A stretch of 64,000 nt of DNA from Squalus acanthias. Taxonomy: Eukaryota. Position numbers and translations under genes: made by a program. The stretch lies in NCBI GenBank assembly GCA_030390025.1, contig CM059431.1:98458001-98522000 (forward strand), in the 5' to 3' direction. Under the pieces are notes generated by a model that did no database searches, had not been told where the DNA came from, and worked only from the letters and a program-made list of their open reading frames with translations. Below are positions 37,903 to 50,500 of the stretch, piece after piece. Each line of letters begins with the position of its first letter. Positions within the stretch are counted from its first letter, which is position 1.

Positions 37903-37984
37903 GAAACCAGAATCGGAGACACTCAAGGCGGGCGAACTGCGAACTCGTATCAGCCGCTGCCAAGTCTGCATGAAGAAGACGTAA
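37903..37984 (+). CDS. col4a5: Terminal coding exon of NC1 (includes the sulfilimine cross-link Lys in TLKAG)
   Basis: tttcag|G AAA CCA...; [27 protein letters not shown] then TAA. Confidence 0.97.
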
Positions 37985-38038
37985 TGTATTCTGAGACTCC
38001 CAAGCTTGTTAGCTGGCTCGCAATCCTCTAATGAACAA

Positions 38039-38046
38039 TGGTGCTA
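38039..38046 (+). promoter_or_regulatory. miR-29 8mer seed site TGGTGCTA
   Basis: Exact match starting 55 nt after the stop. Collagen IV mRNAs are established miR-29 targets. A second 7mer-A1 site GGTGCTA lies at 39001-39007. Confidence 0.8.
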
Positions 38047-38824
38047 TTTCTATAATAAAGCAATATGACAATATCCTGTGTACCTCACTCATCTATTGTG
38101 CCAAAAGAAAAAAGTGCATAGCAATAGGAATGGAGATACAAAAGAAAAAGCTTTTAATGCAATACCCTGGTGCCCTACTGCTCTAAGAAAAACAATATAA
38201 GCTTCCTACTAAATGGCACTTTGTTTATTAAAGCAATGCACTGAATATTAACAGAAATAAAAATACTTACAGTACAGTGAAAAGATGGGAGAGAGTCAAA
38301 AGGCTGTGAAGAATATCGAGGAGTTTGCAAACAGCGGGAGAAGCTGGCGCGGGTCCTCAAAGGGTGGGTTGTTGGGATAAACTTTGCCCGGCCACTCTCC
38401 CAGTCAGGAGCCTTGCCCCTTGGCAGCATGGATCGAAGAGCGGTCAGCACCTTTAATCCGCAGTACACCTGGTTTACCAGTGATTGAAATTACTGACCAG
38501 ACGGTCGGGGAGAGGGTGGGTGCAGCACAGCCACTTGAACACCTCTGTGTCCGATCCTGCGATCTGCGCTCCCTCTCGGGAGCCTCGCCTCGCCTCGCCA
38601 GATGTTCCAGATGCTGATTAACTCCCTCCCATCTATTCGTTCCATCTATATAATATATACTAAATAGTTTCTATTTAAGATTTTGTTTGTTTCCTGACTG
38701 TGGGTGTGAGGTTGAATCAAGAAGCTGCAAAGACAACAAGATCTTTAGTGACATGAAGACGCTGTGGCATTGACTGTTGTAAAACCAAGGGGTTTTCTGG
38801 AAATGGCTCCTCACTTTATCTAAC

Positions 38825-38964
38825 AGGGCTGATTTTACAAAGACTCGATCAGTGGGGAATCTTCCCATCAGGAAAATCATGGGATGTTCACCTGTAATTT
38901 CCTGATAGGCACGCCCAGCTAATCAGGCTGCCCTTTGGCAGCAAGACTTTGTAAATTCCGCCCT
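38825..38964. mobile_element. 140-bp MITE-like hairpin element
   Basis: TIRs AGGGCTGATTTTACAAAGAC / GACTTTGTAAATTCCGCCCT; inner inverted pair ATCAGGAAA / TTTCCTGAT. Confidence 0.65.
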
Positions 38965-39614
38965 ATTATTTAGTATATATTAGTTCAAATTCAACACTAA
39001 GGTGCTATGGATAATACACTGTCATTAACCTATCCCGCTGTTATCTGTCTGTAGTTATTATGTCCAATTAATATCTCTGCTAACTTTCAATCTTCACTCA
39101 TGGCTGGTAAGTGGCATTAAACTGCAACATTTTAAACTTTTTTCAAGGAAGGTGTACTAATAATATGCATGGGCTCCACGATTGCAAGCTGCTGTAATCA
39201 ATTGTTCACCATCATTGTTTTGTTTGCGATCAATAACCACACAAGTCCTGGTGACGTTTCACCCTTTATTACCTGGCTGCAGCTTTCATATATAACCAGC
39301 TGTTCTCGTACAGCGTCCTTCCCTGGAATGTGGGATTAAAAAGGCAGGAATCGGGAGGCTCTGAGATAGATCTTTAGCGGATGTGTGTGTGTGGGTGGGA
39401 GCTGGAGGGACCACAATGTAGTCTGAACTCCACGACCCAAACTTACTGGAGGCAGGGCGGCCGGCAGAACCTCAAGATTCCAGCCTTGAAGGTGCTGTAG
39501 TCCACGTTACACAGGCTGGAAGGCGCCAATTACAATCACTGAATCTTTTACCAATAGATTAGTGACTATCCGAGTGATAGTAATACCTGTACGTTTCCAC
39601 TATGTCCGTTACTT

Positions 39615-40138
39615 TGTGTGTCAGTGTGAGTGTGTCAGTGTGTGTGGAGGTGTATGTGTGAGTGTATGTGAGTGTGTAAGTGTGTGTGTGTGTAAGTGTG
39701 TGTGTGTGTGTGTGTGAGTGTGTGTGTGAGTGTGTAAGTGTATGTGTGAGTGTGTGTGAGTGTGTAAGTGTATGTGTGTAAGTGTATGTGTGAGTGTGTG
39801 TGAGCGTGTAAGTGTATGTGTGAGTGTGTGTAAGTGTGTGTGAGTGTATGTGGAGGTGTATGTGTGAGTGTGAGTGTGTAAGTGTATGTGTGTAAGTGTA
39901 TGAGTGTGTGTGAGTGTGTAGTGTATGTGAGTGTGTGTGAGTGTATGTGAGTGTGTGAGTGTGTAAGTGTATGTGTGAGTGTGTAAGTGTATGTGTGTAA
40001 GTGTGTGTGTGTGAGTGTGTAAGTGTGTGTGTGTATGTGTGAGTGTGTGTGAGTGTGTAAGTGTGTGTGTGAGTGTGTAAGTGTATGTGTGAGTGTGTGT
40101 GAGTGTGTAAGTGTATGTGTGAGTGTGTGTGTGTGTGA
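39615..40138. repeat. TG-rich compound microsatellite (GTGTGA/GTGTAA/GTGTAT)
   Basis: Directly visible. Confidence 0.95.
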
Positions 40139-41269
40139 TGCGGGTGGCATAAATCGGACAATTTTCCAATCGATAAACATACAAAACTAAAGGCTATTTG
40201 GGAAACCAAAGCTATTGCTTACCTGGACTGTACAGGGATCTGTCACTTAGCTGACTAATTATAAACCGTAAATAATATTCAGCTGATAAATTGTTCCTGA
40301 ATGGCATTTTAGCCGCAGTTCACTGCTATTGTCAACGTACAGCCCAATAACATTTGGTGTGTTGCATTATGTGGCGTGCACACTGTAAATGTGTGAGCTC
40401 CTGTGCGTTCAGTGATAAGGCCAACCTCCCCTCAGTATAAAGTACTGGAGATGGGGTGTGGCGGAGGAGACACAGAAAGCAATGAAGAATGTTACCTGAA
40501 AAGTGGTGAGACATCATTAAGGGGTAATTGTTGGGTTTTCTGTTCCGAGTGGGGTACTTCACCCATTGGGATCCATACTGAGGATTTGGGTTTGCCATCC
40601 CACGATTTAATACCCGAATGGAGCAGGAATTGTCAAATTGCCTCTTTAATGACGTGCCGTGGGTTATTGACTACAGGATGATGTGATCACTATTCCCTTT
40701 ATCATTGATGCTCTGTCTTCCCTGATCTGAATCAGTTTGTTATTCGTTATCAGGGGTTTTTGTAAATTACTTATCGTACACTTGAATGACTTGACTCTCT
40801 GCTCACCTAAGAGGCCTTGATTATTTTTTGTATTTTTATAATGTTTGTATTAAAGTGTAGTAAAATGGTTCAATAATGGGTTATGTATAATGTGGATGTT
40901 ACATACTACGATAGTTTGATGCGAAAACAAATTGGTACCTGAATCAGTCCATGTACCACACGCACCTCTGCGAGTTTAACTTTTCATGGAAAGATTCGGG
41001 CTCTACCTTTTATGATGCAGTTAAGGAAAATTATTCTCCTATTTCTCCAGACCCATTTGTACATTATAAGACATGAAGATTAAAATTAATAATTTTGTGT
41101 TTTAAAACAAAATGTTTGGCTCCGCTTTATTTCCAACAGATTTAAAGAAATTTAAGGCTGTTTTGAACCATTATGCTCAGTATCGACCCATTCTTTCCCT
41201 CATATTTTGTTCTTCAGCTCATTATGTCATTCCCTCCCACATGTTGGGATTAACTTGGTTCCAAGGATC

Positions 41270-41511
41270 ACTGCATTCTTTCATTCCTGGGATCATTGCA
41301 ACCAATCGACGCTGCATCTTCCCAAAGCTCCAATATCCTGCCCGTGATGGACTGCACACATAACACCAGATCTAGTCTAATCAACAGCTGCCGATTCCTC
41401 GTCACATACTTGCCTTGGTTTTCAATATCGCTGTGTATAAATCCCAGAATCCCATTACCCTTTTTAATGAATTCTTCACTCACAATCTTGCTTTTAAAGA
41501 CCTAGAAAACT
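41270..41511 (-). mobile_element. Old, decayed CR1 ORF2 fragment abutting the satellite
   Basis: Reverse frames give RSLKA and IKKGNGILGFI...IE...LIRLDL.LCVQ, resembling CR1 RSLK..KKANGILGFI..IEYK..LVRPHLEYCVQ. Confidence 0.7.
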
Positions 41512-44500
41512 GATCAGTGTATTTGTCCCCTAGATCAGGGTATCTGTTCCCTAGATCAGTGCATCTGTCCCTAGATCAGTGCATCTGTCCCCTTATATCA
41601 GTGCATCTGTCCCCCTAGATCAGTGCATCTGTCCCCTAGATCAGTGTATCTGTCCCCCTAGATCAGTGTATCTGTCCACTAGATCAGTGTATCTGTCCCC
41701 CTAGATCAGTGTATCTGTCCCCCTAGATCAGTGTATCTGTCCCCCTAGATCAGTGTATCTGTCTCCCTAGATCAGTGTATCTGTCTCCCGAGATCAGTCT
41801 ATCTGTCCCCCTAGATCAGAGTATCTGTCCCCCTAGATCAGTGCGTCTGTCCCCTAGATCAGTGTATCTGTCTCCTAGATCAGAGTATCTGTCCCCCCAG
41901 ATCAGTGTATCTGTCTCACTAGATCAGTGTATCTGTCCCCCTAGATCAGTGTATCTGTCCCCCTAGATCAGTGTATCTGTCCCCCTAGATCAGTGTATCT
42001 GTCCCCCTAGATCAGTGTATCTGTCCCCTAGATCAGTGTATCTGTCTCCCTAGATCAGTGTATCTGTCCCCCTAGATCAGAGTATCTGTCCCCCTAGATC
42101 AGTGTATCTGTCCCCTAGATCAGTGTATCTGTCCCCTAGATCAGAGTATCTGTCCCCCTAGATCAGTGTATCTGTCCCCTAGATCAGTGTATCTGTCCCC
42201 TAGATCAGTGTATCTGTCCCCCTAGATCAGTGTATCTGTCCCCTAGATCAGTGTATCTGACCCCTAGATCAGTGTATCTGTCCCTAGATCAGTGTATCTG
42301 TCCCCTAGATCAGTGTATCTGTCCCCCTAGATCAGTGTATCTGTCCCCTAGATCAGTGTATCTGTCCCCCTAGATCAGTGTATCTGTCCCCTAGATCAGT
42401 GTATCTGTCCCCTAGATCAGTGTATCTGTCCCCCTAGATCAGTGTATCTGTCCCCTAGATCAGTGTATCTGTCCCCTAGATCAGAGTATCTGTCCTCTAG
42501 ATCAGAGTATCTGTCCCCCTAGATCAGTGTATCTGTCCCCTAGATCAGTGTATCTGTCCCCCTAGATCAGTGTATCTGTCCCCCTAGATCAGTGTATCTG
42601 TCCCCTAGATCAGTGTATCTGTCCCCTAGATCAGTGTATCTGTCCCCTAGATCAGTGTATCTGTCCCCCTAGATCAGTGTATCTGTCCCTAGATCAGTGT
42701 ATCTGTCCCCCTAGATCAGTGTATCTGTACCCTAGATCAGAGTATCTGTCCCCTGGATCAGTGTATCTGTCCCCCTAGATCAGAGTATCTGTACCCTCGA
42801 TCAGTGTATCTGTCCCCTAGATCAGTGTATCTGTCCCCCTAGATCAGAGTATCTGTCCCCTGGATCAGTGTATCTGTCCCCCTAGATCAGAGTATCTGTC
42901 CCGTAGTCAGTGTATCTGTCCCCCTAGATCAGTGTATCTGTCCCCCTAGACCAGTGTATCTGTCCCCATAGATCAGTGTATATTTCCCCCTAGATCAGAG
43001 TATGTGTCCCCCTAGATCAGAGTATCTCTCCCCCAAGATCAGAGTATCTGTCCCCCTAGATCAGTGTATCTGTCTCCCTAGATCAGAGTATCTGTCCCCC
43101 TAGATCAGTGTGTCTGTCCCCCTAGATCAGTGTATCTGTCCCCTAGATCAGTGTATCTGTCCCCCTAGACCAGAGTATCTGTCCCCCTAGATCAGAGTAT
43201 CTGTCCCCCTAGATCAGTGTATCTGTCCCCCTAGATCAGAGTATCTGTCCCCCTAGATCAGTGTATCTTTCCCCCTAGATCAGTGTATCTGTCCCCCTAG
43301 ATCAGTGTATCTGTCCCCCTAGATCAGTGTATCTGTCCCCCTAGCTCAGTGTATCTTTGCCCCTAGATCAGTGTATCTGTCCCCCTAGATCAGACTATCT
43401 GTCCCCCTAGATCAGAGTATCTGTCCCCATAGATCAGTGTATCTGTCCCGCTAGATCAGTGTATCTGTCCCCCTAGATCAGTGTATCTGTCCCCCTAGAT
43501 AAGTGTATCTGTCCCCTAGTTCAGAGTATCTGTCCCCCATATCAGAGTATCTGTCCCCCTAGATCAGAATATCTGTACCCTCGATCAGTGTATCTGTCCC
43601 CTAGATCAGAGTATCTGTCCCCCAGATCAGTGTATCTGTCCCCCTAGACCAGAGTATCTGTCCCCCTAGATCAGCGTATCTGTCCCCCTAGATCAGTGTA
43701 TCTGTCCCCTAGATCAGTGTATCTTTCCCCCTAGATCAGAGTATATGTCCCCCTAGATCAGTGTATCTGTCCTCTAGATCAGTGTATCAGTCCCCTAGAT
43801 CAGTGTATCTGTCCCTCAAGCTTAGTGTATCTGTCCCCTAGATCAGTGTATCTGTCCCTAGATCAGTGTATCTGTCCCCTAGATCAGTGTATCTGTCCCT
43901 AGATCAGTGTATCTGTCCCTAGATCAGTGTATCTGTCCCTAGATCAGTGTATCTGTCCCCTAGATCAGTGTATCTGTCCCTAGATCAGTGTATCTGTCCC
44001 CCGAGATCAGTGTATCTGTCCCTAGATCAGTGTATCTGTCCCCTAGATCAGTGTATCTGTCCCTAGATCAGTGTATCTGTCCCCCTAGATCAGTGTATCT
44101 GTACCCTAGATCAGAGTATCTGTCCCCTGGATCAGTGTATCTGTCCCCTTGGTTCAGAGTATCTGTCCCGTAGTCAGTGTATCTGTCCCCCGAGATCAGT
44201 GTATCTGTCCCCCTAGACCAGTGTATCTGTCCCCCTAGATCAGTGTATCTCTCCCCCTTGATCAGAGTATCTGTCCCCCTAGATCAGTGTATCTGTCTCC
44301 CTAGATCAGAGTATCTGTCCCCCTAGATCAGTGTGTCTGTCCCCTAGATCAGTGTATCTGTCCCCTAGATCAGTGTATCTGTCCCCCTAGACCAGAGTAT
44401 CTGTCCCCCTAGATCAGAGTATCTGTCCCCCTAGATCAGTGTATCTGTCCCCCTAGATCAGAGTATCTGTCCCCCTAGATCAGTGTATCTTTCCCCCTAG

Positions 44501-47500
44501 ATCAGTGTATCTGTCCCCCTAGATCAGTGTATCTGTCCCCCTAGATTAGTGTATCTGTCCCCCTAGATCAGTGTATCTTTGCCCCTAGATCAGTGTATCT
44601 GTCCCCCTAGATCAGACTATCTGTCCCCATAGATCAGTGTATCTGTCCCCCTAGATCAGAGTATCTGTCCCGCTAGATCAGTGTATCTGTCCCCCTAGAT
44701 AAGTGTATCTGTCCCCTAGTTCAGAGTATCTGTCCCCCATATCAGAGTATCTGTCCCCCTAGATCAGAATATCTGTACCCTCGATCAGTGTATCTGTCCC
44801 CTAGATCAGAGTATCTGTCCCCCTAGATCAGAGTATCTGTCCCCCTAGACCAGAGTATCTGTCCCCCTAGACCAGAGTATCTGTCCCCCTAGATCAGCAT
44901 ATCTGTCCCCCTAGATCAGTGTATCTGTCCCCCTAGATCAGTGTATCTTTCCCCCTAGATCAGAGTATATGTCCCCCTAGATCAGTGTATCTGTCCCCTA
45001 GATCAGTGTATCTGTCCCCTAGATCAGTGTATCTGTCCCTAGATCAGTGTATCTGTCCCCTAGATCAGTGTATCTGTCCCCTAGATCAGTGTATCTGTCC
45101 CCTAGATCAGTGTATCTGTCCCCTAGATCAGTGTATCTGTCCCCTAGATCAGTGTATCTGTCCCTAGATCAGTGTATCTGTCCCCCTAGATCAGTGTATC
45201 TGTACCCTAGATCAGAGTATCTGTCCCCTGGATCAGTGTATCTGTCCCCCTAGATCAGAATATCTGTACCCTCGATCAGTGTATCTGTCCCCTAGATCAG
45301 TGTATCTGTCCCCCTAGATCAGAGTATCTGTCCCCTGGATCAGTGTATCTGTCCCCCTAGATCAGAGTATCTGTCCCGTAGTCAGTGTATCTGTCCCCCT
45401 AGATCAGCGTATCTGTCCCCCTAGACCAGTGTATCTATCCCCATAGATCAGTGTATATTTCCCCCTAGATCAGAGTATGTGTCCCCCTAGATCAGTGTAT
45501 CTGTCCTCTAGATCAGTGTATCTGTCCCCCTAGCTTAGTGTATCTGTCCCCTAGATCAGTGTATCTGTCCCTAGAACAGTGTATCTGTCACTAGATCAGT
45601 GTATCTGTCCCCTAGATCAGTGTATCTGTCCCTAGATCAGTGTATCTGTCCCCCGAGATCAGTGTATCTGTCCCCCTAGATCAGTGTATCTGTCCCCCTA
45701 GATCAGTGTATTTGTCCCCCTAGATCAGTGTATCTCTCCCCTAGATCAGAGTATCTGTCCCCCTAGATCAGTGTATCTGTCCCCTAGATCAGAGTATCTG
45801 TCCCCCTAGATCAGTGTATCTGTCCCCCTAGATCAGTGTATCTGTCCCCTAGATCAGTGTATCTGTCCCCCTAGATCAGAGTATCTGTCCCCCTAGATCA
45901 GTGTATCTGTCCCCCTAGATCAGAGTATCTGTCCCCCTAGATCAGTGTATCTGTCCCCCTAGATCAGTGTATCTGTCCCCTAGATCAGTGTATCTGTCCC
46001 CCTAGATCAGAGTATCTGTCCCCCTAGATCAGTGTATCTGTCTCCCTAGATCAGAGTATCTGTCCCCCTAGATCAGTGTATCTGTCCCCCTAGATCAGTG
46101 TATCTGTCCCCCTAGATCAGTGTATCTGTCCCCCTAGATCAGAGTATCTGTCCCCCTAGATCAGTGTATCTGTCCCCCTAGATCAGTGTATCTTTGCCCC
46201 TAGATCAGTGTATCTGTCCCCCTAGATCAGACTATCTGTCCCCCTAGATCAGAGTATCTGTCCCCATAGATCAGTGTATCTGTCCCGCTAGATCAGTGTA
46301 TCTGTCCCGCTAGATCAGTGTATCTGTCCCCCTAGATCAGTGTATCTGTCCCCCTAGATAAGTGTATCTGTCCCCTAGTTCAGAGTATCTGTCCCCCATA
46401 TCAGAGTATCTGTCCCCCTAGATCAGAATATCTGTACCCTCGATCAGTGTATCTGTCCCCTAGATCAGAGTATCTGTCCCCCAGATCAGTGTATCTGTCC
46501 CCCTAGACCAGAGTATCTGTCCCCCTAGACCAGAGTATCTGTCCCCCAAGATCAGCGTATCTGTCCCCCTAGATCAGTGTATCTGTCCCCCTAGATCAGT
46601 GTATCTTTCCCCCTAGATCAGAGTATATGTTCCCCTAGATCAGTGTATCTGTCCTCTAGATCAGTGTATCTGTCCCCTAGATCAGTGTATCTGTCCCTAG
46701 ATCAGTGTATCTGTCCCCTAGATCAGTGTATCTGTCCCCTAGATCAGTGTATCTGTCCCTAGATCAGTGTATCTGTCCCCCGAGATCAGTGTACCTGTCC
46801 CTAGATCAGTGTATCTGTCCCCTAGATCAGTGTATCTGTCCCTAGATCAGTGTATCTGTCCCCCTAGATCAGTGTATCTGTACCCTAGATCAGAGTATCT
46901 GTCCCCTGGATCAGTGTATCTGTCCCCCTAGATCAGAATATCTGTACCCTCGATCAGTGTATCTGTCCCCTAGATCAGTGTATCTGTCCCCCTAGATCAG
47001 AGTATCTGTCCCCTGGATCAGTGTATCTGTCCCCCTAGATCAGAGTATCTGTCCCGTAGTCAGTGTATCTGTCCCCCTAGATCAGTGTATCTGTCCCCCT
47101 AGACCAGTGTATCTATCCCCATAGATCAGTGTATATTTCCCCCTAGATCAGAGTATGTGTCCCCCTAGATCAGTGTATCTGTCCTCTAGATCAGTGTATC
47201 TGTCCCCTAGATCAGTGTATCTGTCCCCCTAGCTTAGTGTATCTGTCCCCTAGATCAGTGTATCTGTCCCTAGATCAGTGTATCTGTCCCCCTAGATCAG
47301 ACTATCTGTCCCCCTAGATCAGAGTATCTGTCCCCATAGATCAGTGTATCTGTCCCGCTAGATCAGTGTATCTGTCCCGCTAGATCAGTGTATCTGTCCC
47401 CCTAGATCAGTGTATCTGTCCCCCTAGATAAGTGTATCTGTCCCCTAGTTCAGAGTATCTGTCCCCCATATCAGAGTATCTGTCCCCCTAGATCAGAATA

Positions 47501-50500
47501 TCTGTACCCTCGATCAGTGTATCTGTCCCCTAGATCAGAGTATCTGTCCCCCAGATCAGTGTATCTGTCCCCCTAGACCAGAGTATCTGTCCCCCTAGAC
47601 CAGAGTATCTGTCCCCCTAGATCAGCGTATCTGTCCCCCTAGATCAGTGTATCTGTCCCCCTAGATCAGTGTATCTTTCCCCCTAGATCAGAGTATATGT
47701 CCCCCTAGATCAGTGTATCTGTCCTCTAGATCAGTGTATCAGTCCCCTAGATCAGTGTATCTGTCCCTCAAGCTTAGTGTATCTGTCCCCTAGATCAGTG
47801 TATCTGTCCCTAGATCAGTGTATCTGTCCCTAGATCAGTGTATCTGTCCCCTAGATCAGTGTATCTGTCCCTAGATCAGTGTATCTGTCCCCCGAGATCA
47901 GTGTACCTGTCCCTAGATCAGTGTATCTGTCCCCTAGATCAGTGTATCTGTCCCTAGATCAGTGTATCTGTCCCCCTAGATCAGTGTATCTGTACCCTAG
48001 ATCAGAGTATCTGTCCCCTGGATCAGTGTATCTGTCCCCCTAGATCAGAATATCTGTACCCTCGATCAGTGTATCTGTCCCCTAGATCAGTGTATCTGTC
48101 CCCCTAGATCAGAGTATCTGTCCCCTGGATCAGTGTATCTGTCCCCCTAGATCAGAGTATCTGTCCCGTAGTCAGTGCATCTGTCCCCCTAGATCAGTGT
48201 ATCTGTCCCCCTAGACCAGTGTATCTATCCCCATAGATCAGTGTATATTTCCCCCTAGATCAGAGTATGTGTCCCCCTAGATCAGTGTATCTGTCCCCCT
48301 AGCTTAGTGTATCTGTCCCCTAGATCAGTGTATCTGTCCCTAGATCAGTGTATCTGTCACTAGATCAGTGTATCTGTCCCCTAGATCAGTGTATCTGTCC
48401 CTAGATCAGTGTATCTGTCCCCCGAGATCAGTGTATCTGTCCCTAGATCAGTGTATCTGTCCCCTAGATCAGTGTATCTGTCCCTAGATCAGTGTATCTG
48501 TCCCCCTAGATCAGTGTATCTGTACCCTAGATCAGAGTATCTGTCCCCTGGATCAGTGTATCTGTCCCCTTGGTTCAGAGTATCTGTCCCGTAGTCAGTG
48601 TATCTGTCCCCCGAGATCAGTGTTTCTGTCCCCCTAGACCAGTGTATCTGTCCCCCTAGATCAGTGTATCTCTCCCCCTTGATCAGAGTATCTGTCCCCC
48701 TAGATCAGTGTATCTGTCTCCCTAGATCAGAGTATCTGTCCCCCTAGATCAGTGTATCTGTCCCCCTAGACCAGAGTATCTGTCCCCTAGACCAGAGTAT
48801 CTGTCCCCCTAGATCAGCAGTATCTGTCCCCCTAGATCAGTGTATCTGTCCCCCTAGATCAGTGTATCTTTCCCCCTAGATCAGAGTATATGTCCCCCTA
48901 GATCAGTGTATCTGTCCTCTAGATCAGTGTATCAGTCCCCTAGATCAGTGTATCTGTCCCTCAAGCTCAGTGTATCTGTCCCCTAGATCAGTGTATCTGT
49001 CCCTAGATCAGTGTATCTGTCCCTAGATCAGTGTATCTGTCCCCTAGATCAGTGTATCTGTCCCTAGATCAGTGTATCTGTCCCCCGAGATCAGTGTACC
49101 TGTCCCTAGATCAGTGTATCTGTCCCCTAGATCAGTGTATCTGTCCCTAGATCAGTGTATCTGTCCCCCTAGATCAGTGTATCTGTACCCTAGATCAGAG
49201 TATAGAAACACTAGATCAGAGTATCTGTCCCCCTAGATCAGGTATCTGTCCCCCTAGATCAGAGTATCTGTCCCCCTAGATCAGTGTATCTGTCCCCTAA
49301 TAGTGTATCAGTATCTGTCCCCCTAGATCAGGTATCTGTCCCCTAGATCAGTGATCCCCAGATCTGTATCTGTCCCCTAGATCAGTGTATATGTACCCTA
49401 GATCAGAGTATCTGTCCCCTGGATCAGTGTATCTGTCCCCTAGATCAGAGTATCTGTACCCTAGATCAGTGTATCTGTCCCCTAGATCAGTGTATCTGTC
49501 CCCCTAGATCAGAGTATCTGTCCCCTGGATCAGTGTATCTGTCCCCCTAGATCAGAGTATCTGTCCCGTAGTCAGTGTATCTGTCCCCCTAGATCAGCGT
49601 ATCTGTCCCCCTAGACCAGTGTATCTATCCCCATAGATCAGTGTATATTTCCCCCTAGATCAGAGTATGTGTCCCCCTAGATCAGTGTATCTGTCCTCTA
49701 GATCAGTGTATCTGACCCCTAGATCAGTGTATCTGTCCCCCTAGCTTAGTGTATCTGTCCCCTAGATCAGTGTATCTGTCCCTAGAACAGTGTATCTGTC
49801 ACTAGATCAGTGTATCTGTCCCCTAGATCAGTGTATCTGTCCCTAGATCAGTGTATCTGTCCCCCGAGATCAGTGTATCTGTCCCCCTAGATCAGTGTAT
49901 CTGTCCCCCTAGACCAGTGTATTTGTCCCCCTAGATCAGTGTATCTCTCCCCCTAGATCAGAGTATCTGTCCCCCTAGATCAGTGTATCTGTCTCCCTAG
50001 ATCAGAGTATCTGTCCCCCTAGATCAGTGTGTCTGTCCCCCTAGATCAGTGTATCTGTCCCCTAGATCAGTGTATCTGTCCCCCTAGACCAGAGTATCTG
50101 TCCCCCTAGATCAGTGTATCTGTCCCCCTAGATCAGTGTATCTTTGCCCCTAGATCAGTGTATCTGTCCCCCTAGATCAGACTATCTGTCCCCCTAGATC
50201 AGAGTATCTGTCCCCATAGATCAGTGTATCTGTCCCGCTAGATCAGTGTATCTGTCCCGCTAGATCAGTGTATCTGTCCCCCTAGATCAGTGTATCTGTC
50301 CCCCTAGATAAGTGTATCTGTCCCCTAGTTCAGAGTATCTGTCCCCCATATCAGAGTATCTGTCCCCCTAGATCAGAATATCTGTACCCTCGATCAGTGT
50401 ATCTGTCCCCTAGATCAGAGTATCTGTCCCCCAGATCAGTGTATCTGTCCCCCTAGACCAGAGTATCTGTCCCCCTAGACCAGAGTATCTGTCCCCCAAG

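Larger units (their letters stand above)
37985..41110 (+). other. Probable 3'UTR of the collagen IV gene (3' end uncertain)
   Basis: Follows the stop codon. Candidate poly(A) signals: AATAAA 38054 and 38256; ATTAAA 38227, 40849 and 41079. No recognisable LINE/SINE copies until ~41270. Confidence 0.55.

Noticed and set aside
39559..40209. His/Thr-rich ORFs
   Set aside because: Translations of a TG/CA microsatellite.
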